Of a stretch of 64,000 nucleotides of DNA, positions 35,896 through 44,350 are shown one piece after another (within the stretch, counting starts at the first letter, position 1; each line of letters begins with the position of its first letter). The notes beneath the pieces are model-generated. The model ran no database searches. It saw nothing but the letters and a program-made list of their open reading frames with translations, and was not told where the DNA came from. A program made the position numbers and the translations under genes. Location: the NCBI GenBank assembly GCA_902386025.1, contig CABMHR010000002.1, positions 56,804 through 120,803 of the forward strand, given 5' to 3'. This stretch comes from an uncultured archaeon. Its GTDB lineage: Archaea; Nanobdellota; Nanobdellia; Pacearchaeales; GW2011-AR1.

Positions 35896-36153
35896 TTATT
35901 TTCTTTTCTTTCTTTTTCTTGGCTTTTCAGATTTTTTCAATGGTTTTATTTTTGAAAACACAAAAATGTAAAGTATTTCCAATATACCTACTGTATTAAT
36001 CAATGCAAAAACTATCACCCATCCTGCAGACCTGTTTTTTGCTGCTTTTATTAAAGCGGCAATCTTCCAAATGAATGTCCATAAAATAATAATTACAAGC
36101 AATGCAATAGAAATTCCTGACTGCTCTGTAATAATCTTTAATGATTCAAACAT
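35896..36153 (-). CDS. Small 2-TM membrane protein (DUF5652-like)
   Basis: WKIAALIKAAKNRSAGWVIVFALINTVGILEILYIFVFSK. Basic tail. Confidence 0.45.
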   Translation of the reverse strand: MFESLKIITEQSGISIALLVIIILWTFIWKIAALIKAAKNRSAGWVIVFALINTVGILEILYIFVFSKIKPLKKSEKPRKRKKRK

Positions 36154-36344
36154 AAGTCTTAATGGATTCTTTTATTTAAAAATCTTGCATTTCCTTTGAA
36201 AATCTTGTATATGAGTGTTATTCTAAACAGGTAATGATAAAGATTTAAATACCTCTTATTTTATTTTCTAATCTGTTATACAATAAGCAGGAAGATATTT
36301 GGGATAAAATACAACTGCTTGTATACAAAGATTAATCAAGAAAA

Positions 36345-36782
36345 ATGTATTGTCCGTATTGTTCGCATAAAAAATCAAAGGTGACAGACAAAAGAGAGTC
36401 TCCTGAAGGAATAAGAAGAAGGCGTGAATGCTTCAAATGCGGAAAAAGATTCACAACATATGAAAAAATTTCAAAAGAGGACATATATGTAACAAAAAAA
36501 GACGGCAGAAGAGAAAAATTCGAAAGAGAAAAGCTTGAAAGCGGAATCAACAGGGCATTTGAAAAGCGCCCTATCGCAAAGGAGAAAATAACTAATATGA
36601 TAAACGAAATTGAGGAGCAGATAAGAAAAAGAGGAAAAAAAGAAATCAAAACTTCAGAAATTGGAGAGGTGGTTATGAAGAAGATGAAAAAAATGGACAA
36701 TGTCGCATATATTAGATTTGCTTCAGTATACAGGGATTTTCAGGACATAAATGATTTTAAACAAGAGATTAAGAATTTATAA
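36345..36782 (+). CDS. nrdR: Transcriptional repressor NrdR (Zn ribbon + ATP-cone)
   Basis: MYCPYCSHKKSKVTDKRE...RRRRECFKCGKRFTTYE, then ATP-cone V.KKDGRREKFEREKL...AYIRFASVYRDF. Confidence 0.9.
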   Translation: MYCPYCSHKKSKVTDKRESPEGIRRRRECFKCGKRFTTYEKISKEDIYVTKKDGRREKFEREKLESGINRAFEKRPIAKEKITNMINEIEEQIRKRGKKEIKTSEIGEVVMKKMKKMDNVAYIRFASVYRDFQDINDFKQEIKNL

Positions 36783-36783
36783 A

Positions 36784-38889
36784 ATGGTTAATAAAATAAA
36801 AAAAAGAGATGGAAAAATAGTTGATTTTGTTCCAGAAAAAATAAGGGTTGTTGCTGAAAAAGCACTTTTGGCTGATGGATTTGAAGAAGAGAAAGCATAT
36901 CTTATTTCTCAAAGGGTTTGCGATAAAGTTGTTACAAGATTAGATATGATGTTTAATGGCGTTTCTTCTCCAACTGTTGAACAAACTCAAGATTTAGTTG
37001 AAGATGCTATGATGGGACTGGGAGATGAATATCATTCTGCTGCAAAGAGATTTATTATTTACAGGGAAGCGCATAAAGAGAGGAGAGAAATGGATGCTGG
37101 AAAAAAAGCAGTTGTAGATTTCGCCAGAAGATTAATGGGAGGGTATATTGACGGCAGTGATTGGAGAGGAAAAGAAAATGCAAACTCCGGGCAGATTACT
37201 TTTCAAGGAGCGAATGCAAGAGCTGCAGGAGAAATTATGAATCTTGTTGCTCTTGAAGAAATGTATGGAAAAGAAAACCCTGAGATTTCAGAAGCGCACA
37301 AAACAGGACAATTTCATATTCATGATTTGGATTTCCCCATAGTCGGATATTGCTGCGGGCATTCTCTGGAAAATACAATATTAAGAAGAGGTTTTGGAGA
37401 AGTAAAAGAAAGAGTTCAAAGTCGTCCGCCAAAACATTTGCGTTCTGCAATAAGCCAGATGGTTAATTATATTGGAACAATGCAGGGAGAATTTGCAGGG
37501 GCTCAAGCATTTGTTTCTGTTGATACTTATCTCGCACCATTTGTAAAAGCAGACAATCTATCTGACAGAGAAGTAGAACAATCAATGCAGGAATTGATTT
37601 ATGGATTAAATGTCCCATCAAGATGGGGGTGGCAGGCTCCTTTCTCAAATTTAGGATTTGATTTGACTGTTCCAAAAGATTTAGCAGAAAAGAGTGCAAT
37701 TATTGGGGGGAAAGAAGTTGATTTCACTTATGGTGATGTCCAGCCTGAAATGGACAGAATAAACAAAGCATATATTGAAGAAAAGATGAGGGGGGATAAA
37801 TCGGGAAGAATATTTACATTTCCGATTGATACTTACAATTTAACTTCTGATTTCAATTGGGATAGTGAAGTTGCTAATTTATTATTTGAAGTTACAGGAA
37901 AGTATGGTATTCCTTATTTTTCAAATTATATCCATTCTGATTTAAATCCTTCAGATATTAGAGCTATGTGCTGCAGATTAAGATTAGATTTAAGGGAATT
38001 AAGAAGCAGAGGAGGGGGCTTATTTGGCTCTAATCCATCTACGGGAAGCATAGGAGTTGTTACAATCAATATGAACAGAATCGGCTATGAATCTCATTCA
38101 GAAGGAGAATTTTTCAAGCTTCTGGAACATAGAATGGATTTAGCAGAACAATCTTTGGAGATAAAAAGAAAGACAATAGTAAGATTGTTAGAACAAAAAC
38201 CAGATTCATTTGTTCCTTTTACAAAATCATATATCGGAACTTTCCACAATCATTTTTCAACAATTGGTTTAATTGGTATGCACGAGTCAATGGTTAATTT
38301 TCTTGGAAAGGGAATTGAAACAGAAGAAGGGAAAAAATTTGCAGTAAAAACATTGGAATTTATGAGGGGAAAAATGCAGGATTATCAGGAAAAGACAGGA
38401 AACCTTTACAATCTTGAAGCAACACCAGGAGAAGGAACTTGCTACAGGCTTGCAAAGTTAGACAAAGAAACTTATCCAAATATTTACACTTCTGGAGATA
38501 GTGCCCCGTACCTTACAAATTCAACGCAGCTGCCTGTGGATTTAGACATTGACTTATTCTCTGCATTAAAACATCAGGAAAGCCTGCAGGGATTATACAC
38601 TGGGGGAACAATTTTCCACACTTTTTTAGGAGAAAGATTATCTGGGGAAGATGCAAAAAATCTTGTAAAAAAAATTGCAACAGAAACAACTCTCCCATAT
38701 TTTAGTTTAACCCCTGTATTTAGTGTTTGTGCAGAACACGGATATATTTCTGGAAGAGAAGAACAATGTCCAACCTGCAAAAACCCAACAGAAATTTATG
38801 ACAGAGTGGTTGGGTATATACGCCCAGTTAATTCATTTAACCCTGGAAAAAAATCAGAATTTGGTTTAAGAAAAAGATTTAAGATTTAA
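36784..38889 (+). CDS. nrdD: Anaerobic (class III) ribonucleoside-triphosphate reductase
   Basis: N-terminal ATP-cone (IKKRDGKIVDF), CCRLRLD, C-terminal CPTC and glycyl-radical motif RVVGYIRP. I prefer ATG 36784 (1 nt after the nrdR stop) over the track start at 36751. Confidence 0.9.
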   Translation: MVNKIKKRDGKIVDFVPEKIRVVAEKALLADGFEEEKAYLISQRVCDKVVTRLDMMFNGVSSPTVEQTQDLVEDAMMGLGDEYHSAAKRFIIYREAHKERREMDAGKKAVVDFARRLMGGYIDGSDWRGKENANSGQITFQGANARAAGEIMNLVALEEMYGKENPEISEAHKTGQFHIHDLDFPIVGYCCGHSLENTILRRGFGEVKERVQSRPPKHLRSAISQMVNYIGTMQGEFAGAQAFVSVDTYLAPFVKADNLSDREVEQSMQELIYGLNVPSRWGWQAPFSNLGFDLTVPKDLAEKSAIIGGKEVDFTYGDVQPEMDRINKAYIEEKMRGDKSGRIFTFPIDTYNLTSDFNWDSEVANLLFEVTGKYGIPYFSNYIHSDLNPSDIRAMCCRLRLDLRELRSRGGGLFGSNPSTGSIGVVTINMNRIGYESHSEGEFFKLLEHRMDLAEQSLEIKRKTIVRLLEQKPDSFVPFTKSYIGTFHNHFSTIGLIGMHESMVNFLGKGIETEEGKKFAVKTLEFMRGKMQDYQEKTGNLYNLEATPGEGTCYRLAKLDKETYPNIYTSGDSAPYLTNSTQLPVDLDIDLFSALKHQESLQGLYTGGTIFHTFLGERLSGEDAKNLVKKIATETTLPYFSLTPVFSVCAEHGYISGREEQCPTCKNPTEIYDRVVGYIRPVNSFNPGKKSEFGLRKRFKI

Positions 38890-38898
38890 TTTTACAAA

Positions 38899-39627
38899 AT
38901 GCAAATAAAAAAATTCTTAAGAGAATCTTTTAATGATTATTCTGGGAAGATTTCTGCAGTTGTATTTGCAGGAACCTGCAATTACAGATGTCCAAGCTGC
39001 CACGCAAAAAACCTTCTGAAAGGTGAGGAAGAGATTGATGAAAAAGAATTTTTTGATTATCTTGATTCAAGAAAAGGATGGATTGATGGAGTTGTAATCT
39101 GCGGAGGAGAGCCTACATTGCAGAATGATTTGCCTGAATTTGCTGAAAAAATAAAGAAAAAAAATCTGCCTGTTAAGCTTGACACCAACGGCAGCAATTA
39201 TGCAGTTTTGGAAAAACTATTGGAAAGCAAGTTAGTTAATTATACTGCAATGGATGTAAAGGGGCCTTCTTCTATATATGCAGATTTAATTGGAAAAGAT
39301 TTTATTGATGCTGAAGAAAGCTATGAAAAAGCGATTAGAATTGTCTCTCAATTCCCTGATTACGAATTCAGAACAACAATTGTTCCTGTTGCAAGAAGAA
39401 ATAGTGAAATAAGATTCATGACTCCTGAAGAAATAGGGGAAACAGCAAAACTAATCTACGATTGCACAGGGAATAATGAACATAAATATTTCCTACAGCC
39501 TTTTGTTCCGCGCAGGAATGAATTAATTGACAAAAGATTGGAAAATTTCCCAGAAACCCCAAAGCAACTGCTGGAAGAATGCCTGATTGAAGCAAAAAAA
39601 TATCTTCCAAATACAAAGATTAGATAA
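38899..39627 (+). CDS. nrdG: Anaerobic RNR activating protein (radical SAM)
   Basis: GTCNYRCPSCHA (CxxxCxxC), ICGGEPTL. Confidence 0.85.
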   Translation: MQIKKFLRESFNDYSGKISAVVFAGTCNYRCPSCHAKNLLKGEEEIDEKEFFDYLDSRKGWIDGVVICGGEPTLQNDLPEFAEKIKKKNLPVKLDTNGSNYAVLEKLLESKLVNYTAMDVKGPSSIYADLIGKDFIDAEESYEKAIRIVSQFPDYEFRTTIVPVARRNSEIRFMTPEEIGETAKLIYDCTGNNEHKYFLQPFVPRRNELIDKRLENFPETPKQLLEECLIEAKKYLPNTKIR

Positions 39628-39661
39628 CAATAATTATTAAAAAGAAAATATCAAATTTTAT

Positions 39662-40153
39662 ATGATGGTAAATTGGGATGATTATTTTATGTCAATGGTT
39701 TATCTTATTGCTGCTAAAAGCAAAGATGAGAGAACTCATATAGGCGCTTTGATTATCGGGCCGGATAAAGAAATTAAGAGCACAGGATATAATAGTTTTG
39801 TAAGGAGATTAAATGATAATGTTCCTGAAAGACAGGAAAAACCAGAGAAATATTACTGGTTTGAACACGCAGAAAGAAATGCTATATATAATGCAACATT
39901 AATTGGAGCATCATTAAAAGGGTGCAAAATGTATACTAATGCTATTCCCTGTATGGATTGCGCAAGAGGGATTGTGCAATCAGGAATTTTAGAAATAACT
40001 GTGGATGAAGAATGGAATAATACAAATGCAGGAGAAGATTTGGAGCATTCCAGAAGAACAATCCAGATGTTTAAAGAAGTAGGAATTGAATTAAGATATT
40101 GGAAAGGAAATCTTTTAAGAATAGAAAAATTTAGAAGAGGAAATATATGCTAA
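39662..40153 (+). CDS. dCMP deaminase (ComEB-type cytidine/deoxycytidylate deaminase)
   Basis: HAERNAI and PCMDCARGI zinc-binding motifs. Confidence 0.85.
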   Translation: MMVNWDDYFMSMVYLIAAKSKDERTHIGALIIGPDKEIKSTGYNSFVRRLNDNVPERQEKPEKYYWFEHAERNAIYNATLIGASLKGCKMYTNAIPCMDCARGIVQSGILEITVDEEWNNTNAGEDLEHSRRTIQMFKEVGIELRYWKGNLLRIEKFRRGNIC

Positions 40154-40591
40154 ATGAAACCGATTGAATTGTCTGTTCAGGAAAAAGATGATTTTTGCGT
40201 TTGTTCTGTATTGCAGGCAATTTTTAGAAAATATAATTTTCATATATCCCAAAAAGAAATTGCTTGTAATTTAACTTCTGGAAAAAAAACAGGATTTCTT
40301 GTTTATGATTCAAGAATAAAAGAATTTATGAAAAAAAATGGATTTGAATATTCATATTTCGGTGTGCATGAAACTCCTTTTAATGAACCAGATGAATTGC
40401 TAAAAGAAATCTGTCAACACGACGGGATTTTGGGGATAAAAGAACACGTTTACATATTGTCCTGCTTCAATGGCTTAAAAACAAAACTGATTAACCCTTC
40501 AGATGGGAAAGAGATTGAAAAAAAATATCCGGATTTATTAATAGAAATGGAACCTTCTGGATTTTTTGGATTGATTAAACATATATCTTAA
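40154..40591 (+). CDS. Hypothetical protein embedded in the dNTP cluster (possible papain-like Cys/His fold)
   Basis: 145-aa ORF starting on the nucleotide after the dCMP deaminase stop. DDFCVCSVLQAIF and a later EHVYIL are reminiscent of C39/C70-like peptidase Cys...His, but the match is weak. Confidence 0.5.
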   Translation: MKPIELSVQEKDDFCVCSVLQAIFRKYNFHISQKEIACNLTSGKKTGFLVYDSRIKEFMKKNGFEYSYFGVHETPFNEPDELLKEICQHDGILGIKEHVYILSCFNGLKTKLINPSDGKEIEKKYPDLLIEMEPSGFFGLIKHIS

Positions 40592-40645
40592 TGAATAATT
40601 GTTTTTATAAACAAAAAAATAATTTTTATTGCAATATAAAAGAAG

Positions 40646-41062
40646 ATGAGAATAAAAATAAAAAAACTTGTTCCTGAAGCAGTTATTCCAAGATATGCCA
40701 AAACAGGGGATGCGGGAATGGATGTATTTGCTGTTTCAAAAGAAGAAAATTGTAATTTTATAGAATACGGAACAGGGCTGGCTTTTGAAATTCCAGAAGG
40801 ATATGTCTGCCTGATTTTTCCAAGAAGCAGTGTTTCAAATAAATCATTATCTTTGTGCAATTGTGTCGGTATTCTTGACTCTGGATACAGGGGGGAATTA
40901 AAACTTCGTTTTTACCAGCACAAAAGAGAAGATTATCAAATTGGAGAGAGAATAGGGCAGATTATTATTATTCCTTTTCCTGAAATTGAATTTACAGAAG
41001 CAGATAATTTAACTGAAACAAAAAGAGGAGCAGGCGGATTTGGAAGCACTGGAAATTTTTAA
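40646..41062 (+). CDS. dut: dUTP diphosphatase (trimeric dUTPase)
   Basis: YAKTGDAGMDVFA, PRSS, GILDSGYRGEL, RIGQIII, RGAGGFGSTG (motifs 1-5). Confidence 0.9.
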   Translation: MRIKIKKLVPEAVIPRYAKTGDAGMDVFAVSKEENCNFIEYGTGLAFEIPEGYVCLIFPRSSVSNKSLSLCNCVGILDSGYRGELKLRFYQHKREDYQIGERIGQIIIIPFPEIEFTEADNLTETKRGAGGFGSTGNF

Positions 41063-41086
41063 TTGTTTTAATATATATGTTTCAGC

Positions 41087-41108
41087 GGGTTTTATATTTA
41101 TAAAACCC
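41087..41108 (+). repeat. Perfect 10-bp-arm palindrome GGGTTTTATA-TT-TATAAAACCC between dut and thyA
   Basis: Read directly from the sequence. The right arm TATAAAACCC lies 24-33 nt upstream of the thyA ATG. It is related to the palindrome core of the 14532/17562 repeats and shares a 16-mer with 14269-14284. Confidence 0.8.
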
Positions 41109-41131
41109 AATAAATTTAAAATAATATAAAA

Positions 41132-42223
41132 ATGGTGGAGCAATATCTTAAACACTCAAGAGAGATTTTTACTTCTGAATATACTGGATTTAAACAGGGA
41201 AGCAAGGGCTCTGGACTTATATCTTTGTTTGGGCATCAAAATTCTTATGATTTAAGAAAAGGATTTCCACTTCTTACAACAAAAAGCATGGCTATAAAAT
41301 CAATAACCCACGAACTTGTTTGGTTTTTAAAAGGGGACACAAATATAAGGTATCTTGAAATTAATAAAACTCCAATTTGGAGAGGCAATGCCTTTGAACA
41401 TAATTTATCTGGAATGGTTAAAGAAGGAATTTTCCCAGAAGGAATAGTAAAATATTCTCCAGACTGGGATAAAGCGATGAAAGAATATGCCCAAAGGATA
41501 AAAGAGGATGAAGAATTCTCCAAAAGATTTGGAGATGCTGGGCCAATCTATGGAAGGCAGTGGAGAAAATGGAAATATTTTGACGAAAAAAAGGGGGAAC
41601 TTGTTGAAATAGACCAGTTAGGAAACACATTGGAAAAAATGAAAAAAAATCCTGTTGGTAAAAAATATGTAGTCAGTGCGTGGAATCCGGGGGATATTCC
41701 TGAAATGTCTTTGCCACCTTGTCATGTTTTATATCAAATGACTTCAAATGACGAAGGAGAATTAGATTTGCAGTTATATCAAAGAAGCTGTGACCAATTT
41801 TTAGGAGTTCCTTTTAATATTGCAAGTTATGCTATGCTTACTCAAGTTATTGCTCAAGAATTAAATCTTACCCCGAGAAGATTTGTTCATTCATTTGGGG
41901 ATTCTCATTTTTATACTGGACTGGAAAAAAGAGGGCCTTGGTACAAAGAAAATTTGAAAAATCTTCAGAATAAAGTCAAAAATGTTTCTGATAGAAAAGA
42001 ATATTTGGAAATTCTGGACTGGATAAACAAAGAATGCCCTAAAGATGATAATGAAGAAAAATATGACCATGTTACTGCAATTCTTGAACAGTTGTCAAGA
42101 GAACCGAAACCTCTCCCAAGATTATTAATCGCAAAAAAACCATTAAACCAATTAACTTTTGAAGACTTTAAGATTGAAGGATATGAGTCACATCCAAAGA
42201 TTGAAAGGACTATGGCAGTTTAA
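41132..42223 (+). CDS. thyA: Thymidylate synthase ThyA with two insertions
   Basis: GHQNSYDL, HELVWFLKGDTN, GPIYGRQWR, VSAWNPGDIPEMSLPPCH, LYQRSCDQFLGVPFNIASY, GDSHFY. 363 aa. Confidence 0.9.
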   Translation: MVEQYLKHSREIFTSEYTGFKQGSKGSGLISLFGHQNSYDLRKGFPLLTTKSMAIKSITHELVWFLKGDTNIRYLEINKTPIWRGNAFEHNLSGMVKEGIFPEGIVKYSPDWDKAMKEYAQRIKEDEEFSKRFGDAGPIYGRQWRKWKYFDEKKGELVEIDQLGNTLEKMKKNPVGKKYVVSAWNPGDIPEMSLPPCHVLYQMTSNDEGELDLQLYQRSCDQFLGVPFNIASYAMLTQVIAQELNLTPRRFVHSFGDSHFYTGLEKRGPWYKENLKNLQNKVKNVSDRKEYLEILDWINKECPKDDNEEKYDHVTAILEQLSREPKPLPRLLIAKKPLNQLTFEDFKIEGYESHPKIERTMAV

Positions 42224-42224
42224 A

Positions 42225-42710
42225 ATGAATCTTACATTAATTGCTGCAATTTCTGAAAATAATGTTATGGGAAATAAGGGAAAAATTCCTTGGAGAATAA
42301 AAGAAGATATGAAAAGATTCAGGGAGTTAACCCTAAACCATCCAGTAATTATGGGCAGAAAAACTTATGAATCAATTCCTGAAAAATTTAAACCCCTCCC
42401 AGATAGGAAGAATATAGTTTTATCAAAGTCTATGAAAGATTATGCTGGAATTTATATTGCAAGAAATACATGTGAAGCTTTAAGTTTGAGTGAAGGGAAG
42501 AGCTCTTATGTTATTGGAGGAAGAGAAATTTATGAAGAATTTTTGCCATTTACATATAAAATTGAATTAACCAGAGTCCATCGCAATTATGAAGGGGATG
42601 TATTCTTTCCAAAAATAAATTGGGATATGTGGAAAATAATTAATGAAGAAAAAAATATATCTGAAAACGGCATTCCCTTCTCTTTCTTGACTTATGAAAG
42701 AATAATTTAA
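42225..42710 (+). CDS. folA: Dihydrofolate reductase
   Basis: MNLTLIAAISENNVMGNKGKIPWRIKEDMKRFRELT...VIMGRKTYESIP...YVIGGREIY. I prefer ATG 42225 (1 nt after the thyA stop) over the track start at 42159. Confidence 0.85.
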   Translation: MNLTLIAAISENNVMGNKGKIPWRIKEDMKRFRELTLNHPVIMGRKTYESIPEKFKPLPDRKNIVLSKSMKDYAGIYIARNTCEALSLSEGKSSYVIGGREIYEEFLPFTYKIELTRVHRNYEGDVFFPKINWDMWKIINEEKNISENGIPFSFLTYERII

Positions 42711-42753
42711 TAACAACTTTTAAAAATAACCTGTCTCTGTAGATTAGATAAAA

Positions 42754-43074
42754 ATGGCAGAAAATGTTTCAGAATTAAGTGCTAAGCAGTTTGAAGAATT
42801 TACTAAAAGTGGATTAGTTTTCATAGATTTCTTTGCAGAATGGTGTATGCCCTGCGTAATGATGGCGCCTGTTGTTGAAGAAATAAGCGAGAAATTCAAG
42901 AACAAGATAAAATTTGGAAAAATCAATGTTGGAGAAAACGAAGCATTGGCTAAGAAATTTAATGTCAGTTCAATTCCTCATTTTATTCTATTCAAAAACG
43001 GGAAAAAAGTTGAGGAATTCACAGGAGCAATGGATGCAGAAGAATTGGAAAGCAGATTAAAAAAATTGATTTAA
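42754..43074 (+). CDS. trxA: Thioredoxin
   Basis: FFAEWCMPCVMMAP (WCxxC), SIPHFILFKNGK. Confidence 0.9.
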   Translation: MAENVSELSAKQFEEFTKSGLVFIDFFAEWCMPCVMMAPVVEEISEKFKNKIKFGKINVGENEALAKKFNVSSIPHFILFKNGKKVEEFTGAMDAEELESRLKKLI

Positions 43075-43171
43075 CAAAGCTTTTTTAAATTGATATTTCT
43101 AGGTAATAGTATAGCTTCGTAGTTTGAAATGCTTAAAATGCATTCATTCGCTACTTAGCTGGTTTACATAT

Positions 43172-43246
43172 GGCTTCGTAGCTCAGCCTGGTTAGAGCAC
43201 TGGACTTTTAATCCAGGTGTCGGGGGTTCAAATCCCCTCGAGGCCA
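43172..43246 (+). tRNA. tRNA-Lys (TTT)
   Basis: Hand fold: acceptor GGCTTCG/CGAGGCC, D-arm GCTC AGCCTGGTTA GAGC, anticodon stem CTGGA/TCCAG, loop CTTTTAA, T-arm GGGGG TTCAAAT CCCCT, discriminator A. Confidence 0.9.
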
Positions 43247-43319
43247 TAAAGGATTGAATGGGCTCGAATGGAAATTCCTTAAGAAATTTGCTTTCGAGTC
43301 CATTTTTTGCCAAATTTTT

Positions 43320-44189
43320 TCAAAAAAAAGATTTATCCATTTCCAAAACTTCTAAAATATCCCGAATACTTTCAAAATTATGCTGAAGTTTCTTTAATAT
43401 GATATCTACATTTCGGTTGTTCGAGTTAAAGACATACTTATTCAGTTCTTCGGACTCTTCTTTTTTTATTTTTACAACATTATCCAAAAAAGAAATAATC
43501 CCTCCCAAATTTTTCAAATCCACATGAGAATAATCTTCCTCCATAAGTGAAAAAATACAATCTGCCACTCGTTCAAGCCTTCGTATTAATTCTAAATAAG
43601 TGTATATCAAATAAGAGTCTTTTATTTGATTGTCTTTTGAAAGAGTTTTATTTTCTAAGCACATAAAAAGAATCTTCTTTGATAGATTATTCAAGGAATC
43701 TACCGAATTTTCCAGCTTCTTTAATTCTTCAAAGTTCTTTTTTTTAAGTTGTTCAAGCATCAAATTTATCAAATAAATTTCTCTTCTCATTATCTTTTCA
43801 AGATCAATATCAACATCCTTGAATAAAAAAGAAATCTCTATTGACTGGGCATCTTCATTAGATATGTCATAACCATTAAAACGCCCTAAAATATCCCGAA
43901 TACTTTCAGATTCTCTTTCTGTTTTATTAACAAAGTTTATTTTAATGCGATTAACCCCCTTGATATAACACATTCGTATAAATTCTTTCAAATTTTTTAT
44001 CTCCTTATAATTAACAGAGATAGCATTTTTATTAGAACTAAAATTTCTTGTAGATATAATTAGATTATTGTTAATATTTTCTATGAAAACTAAGTCTTTT
44101 TCCCTTAAATGATTGTGAATTATCCATCCTTTAGGTAAAGAAATAGAATAAGAACCCTTTCCAACCGATTGTATTCGTCTGGATTCCAT
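43320..44189 (-). CDS. PhoU-like regulator with N-terminal AbrB/SpoVT-type domain
   Basis: RRIQSVGKGSYSISLPKGWI (AbrB-like swapped hairpin) followed by two helical PhoU-like repeats (RVADCIFSL). Confidence 0.6.
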   Translation of the reverse strand: MESRRIQSVGKGSYSISLPKGWIIHNHLREKDLVFIENINNNLIISTRNFSSNKNAISVNYKEIKNLKEFIRMCYIKGVNRIKINFVNKTERESESIRDILGRFNGYDISNEDAQSIEISFLFKDVDIDLEKIMRREIYLINLMLEQLKKKNFEELKKLENSVDSLNNLSKKILFMCLENKTLSKDNQIKDSYLIYTYLELIRRLERVADCIFSLMEEDYSHVDLKNLGGIISFLDNVVKIKKEESEELNKYVFNSNNRNVDIILKKLQHNFESIRDILEVLEMDKSFF

Positions 44190-44350
44190 AATGATTCTTG
44201 TTAGTATTGTTTTTAAATATTTTCTTCAATCTGCTGTATATATTTAATCAAAGAAGTATTAAAAGATAGCCTATTGAGATTATATAGTTTAATCAAGGTT
44301 ATTTAAACTATTAAGGCAATAAATATATCTATTCTACTGTTTAATAAGTA

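Noticed and set aside
36177-36332. Canonical bacterial NrdR boxes upstream of nrdR-nrdD.
   Set aside because: Only an ACAC half-site-like fragment (tcttgtatatgagtgt) and a TTGTATACAA palindrome were found. Neither aligns to the 16-bp consensus across both half-sites. They are kept only as a low-confidence operator candidate.
43111-43171. Partial duplicate of the tRNA-Lys 5' end (atagcttcgtagtt versus atggcttcgtagct) about 60 nt upstream of the tRNA, a possible att scar.
   Set aside because: Only about 12 of 14 nt match and the similarity does not extend. No mobile genes are adjacent, so this is too short to distinguish from chance in hand inspection.
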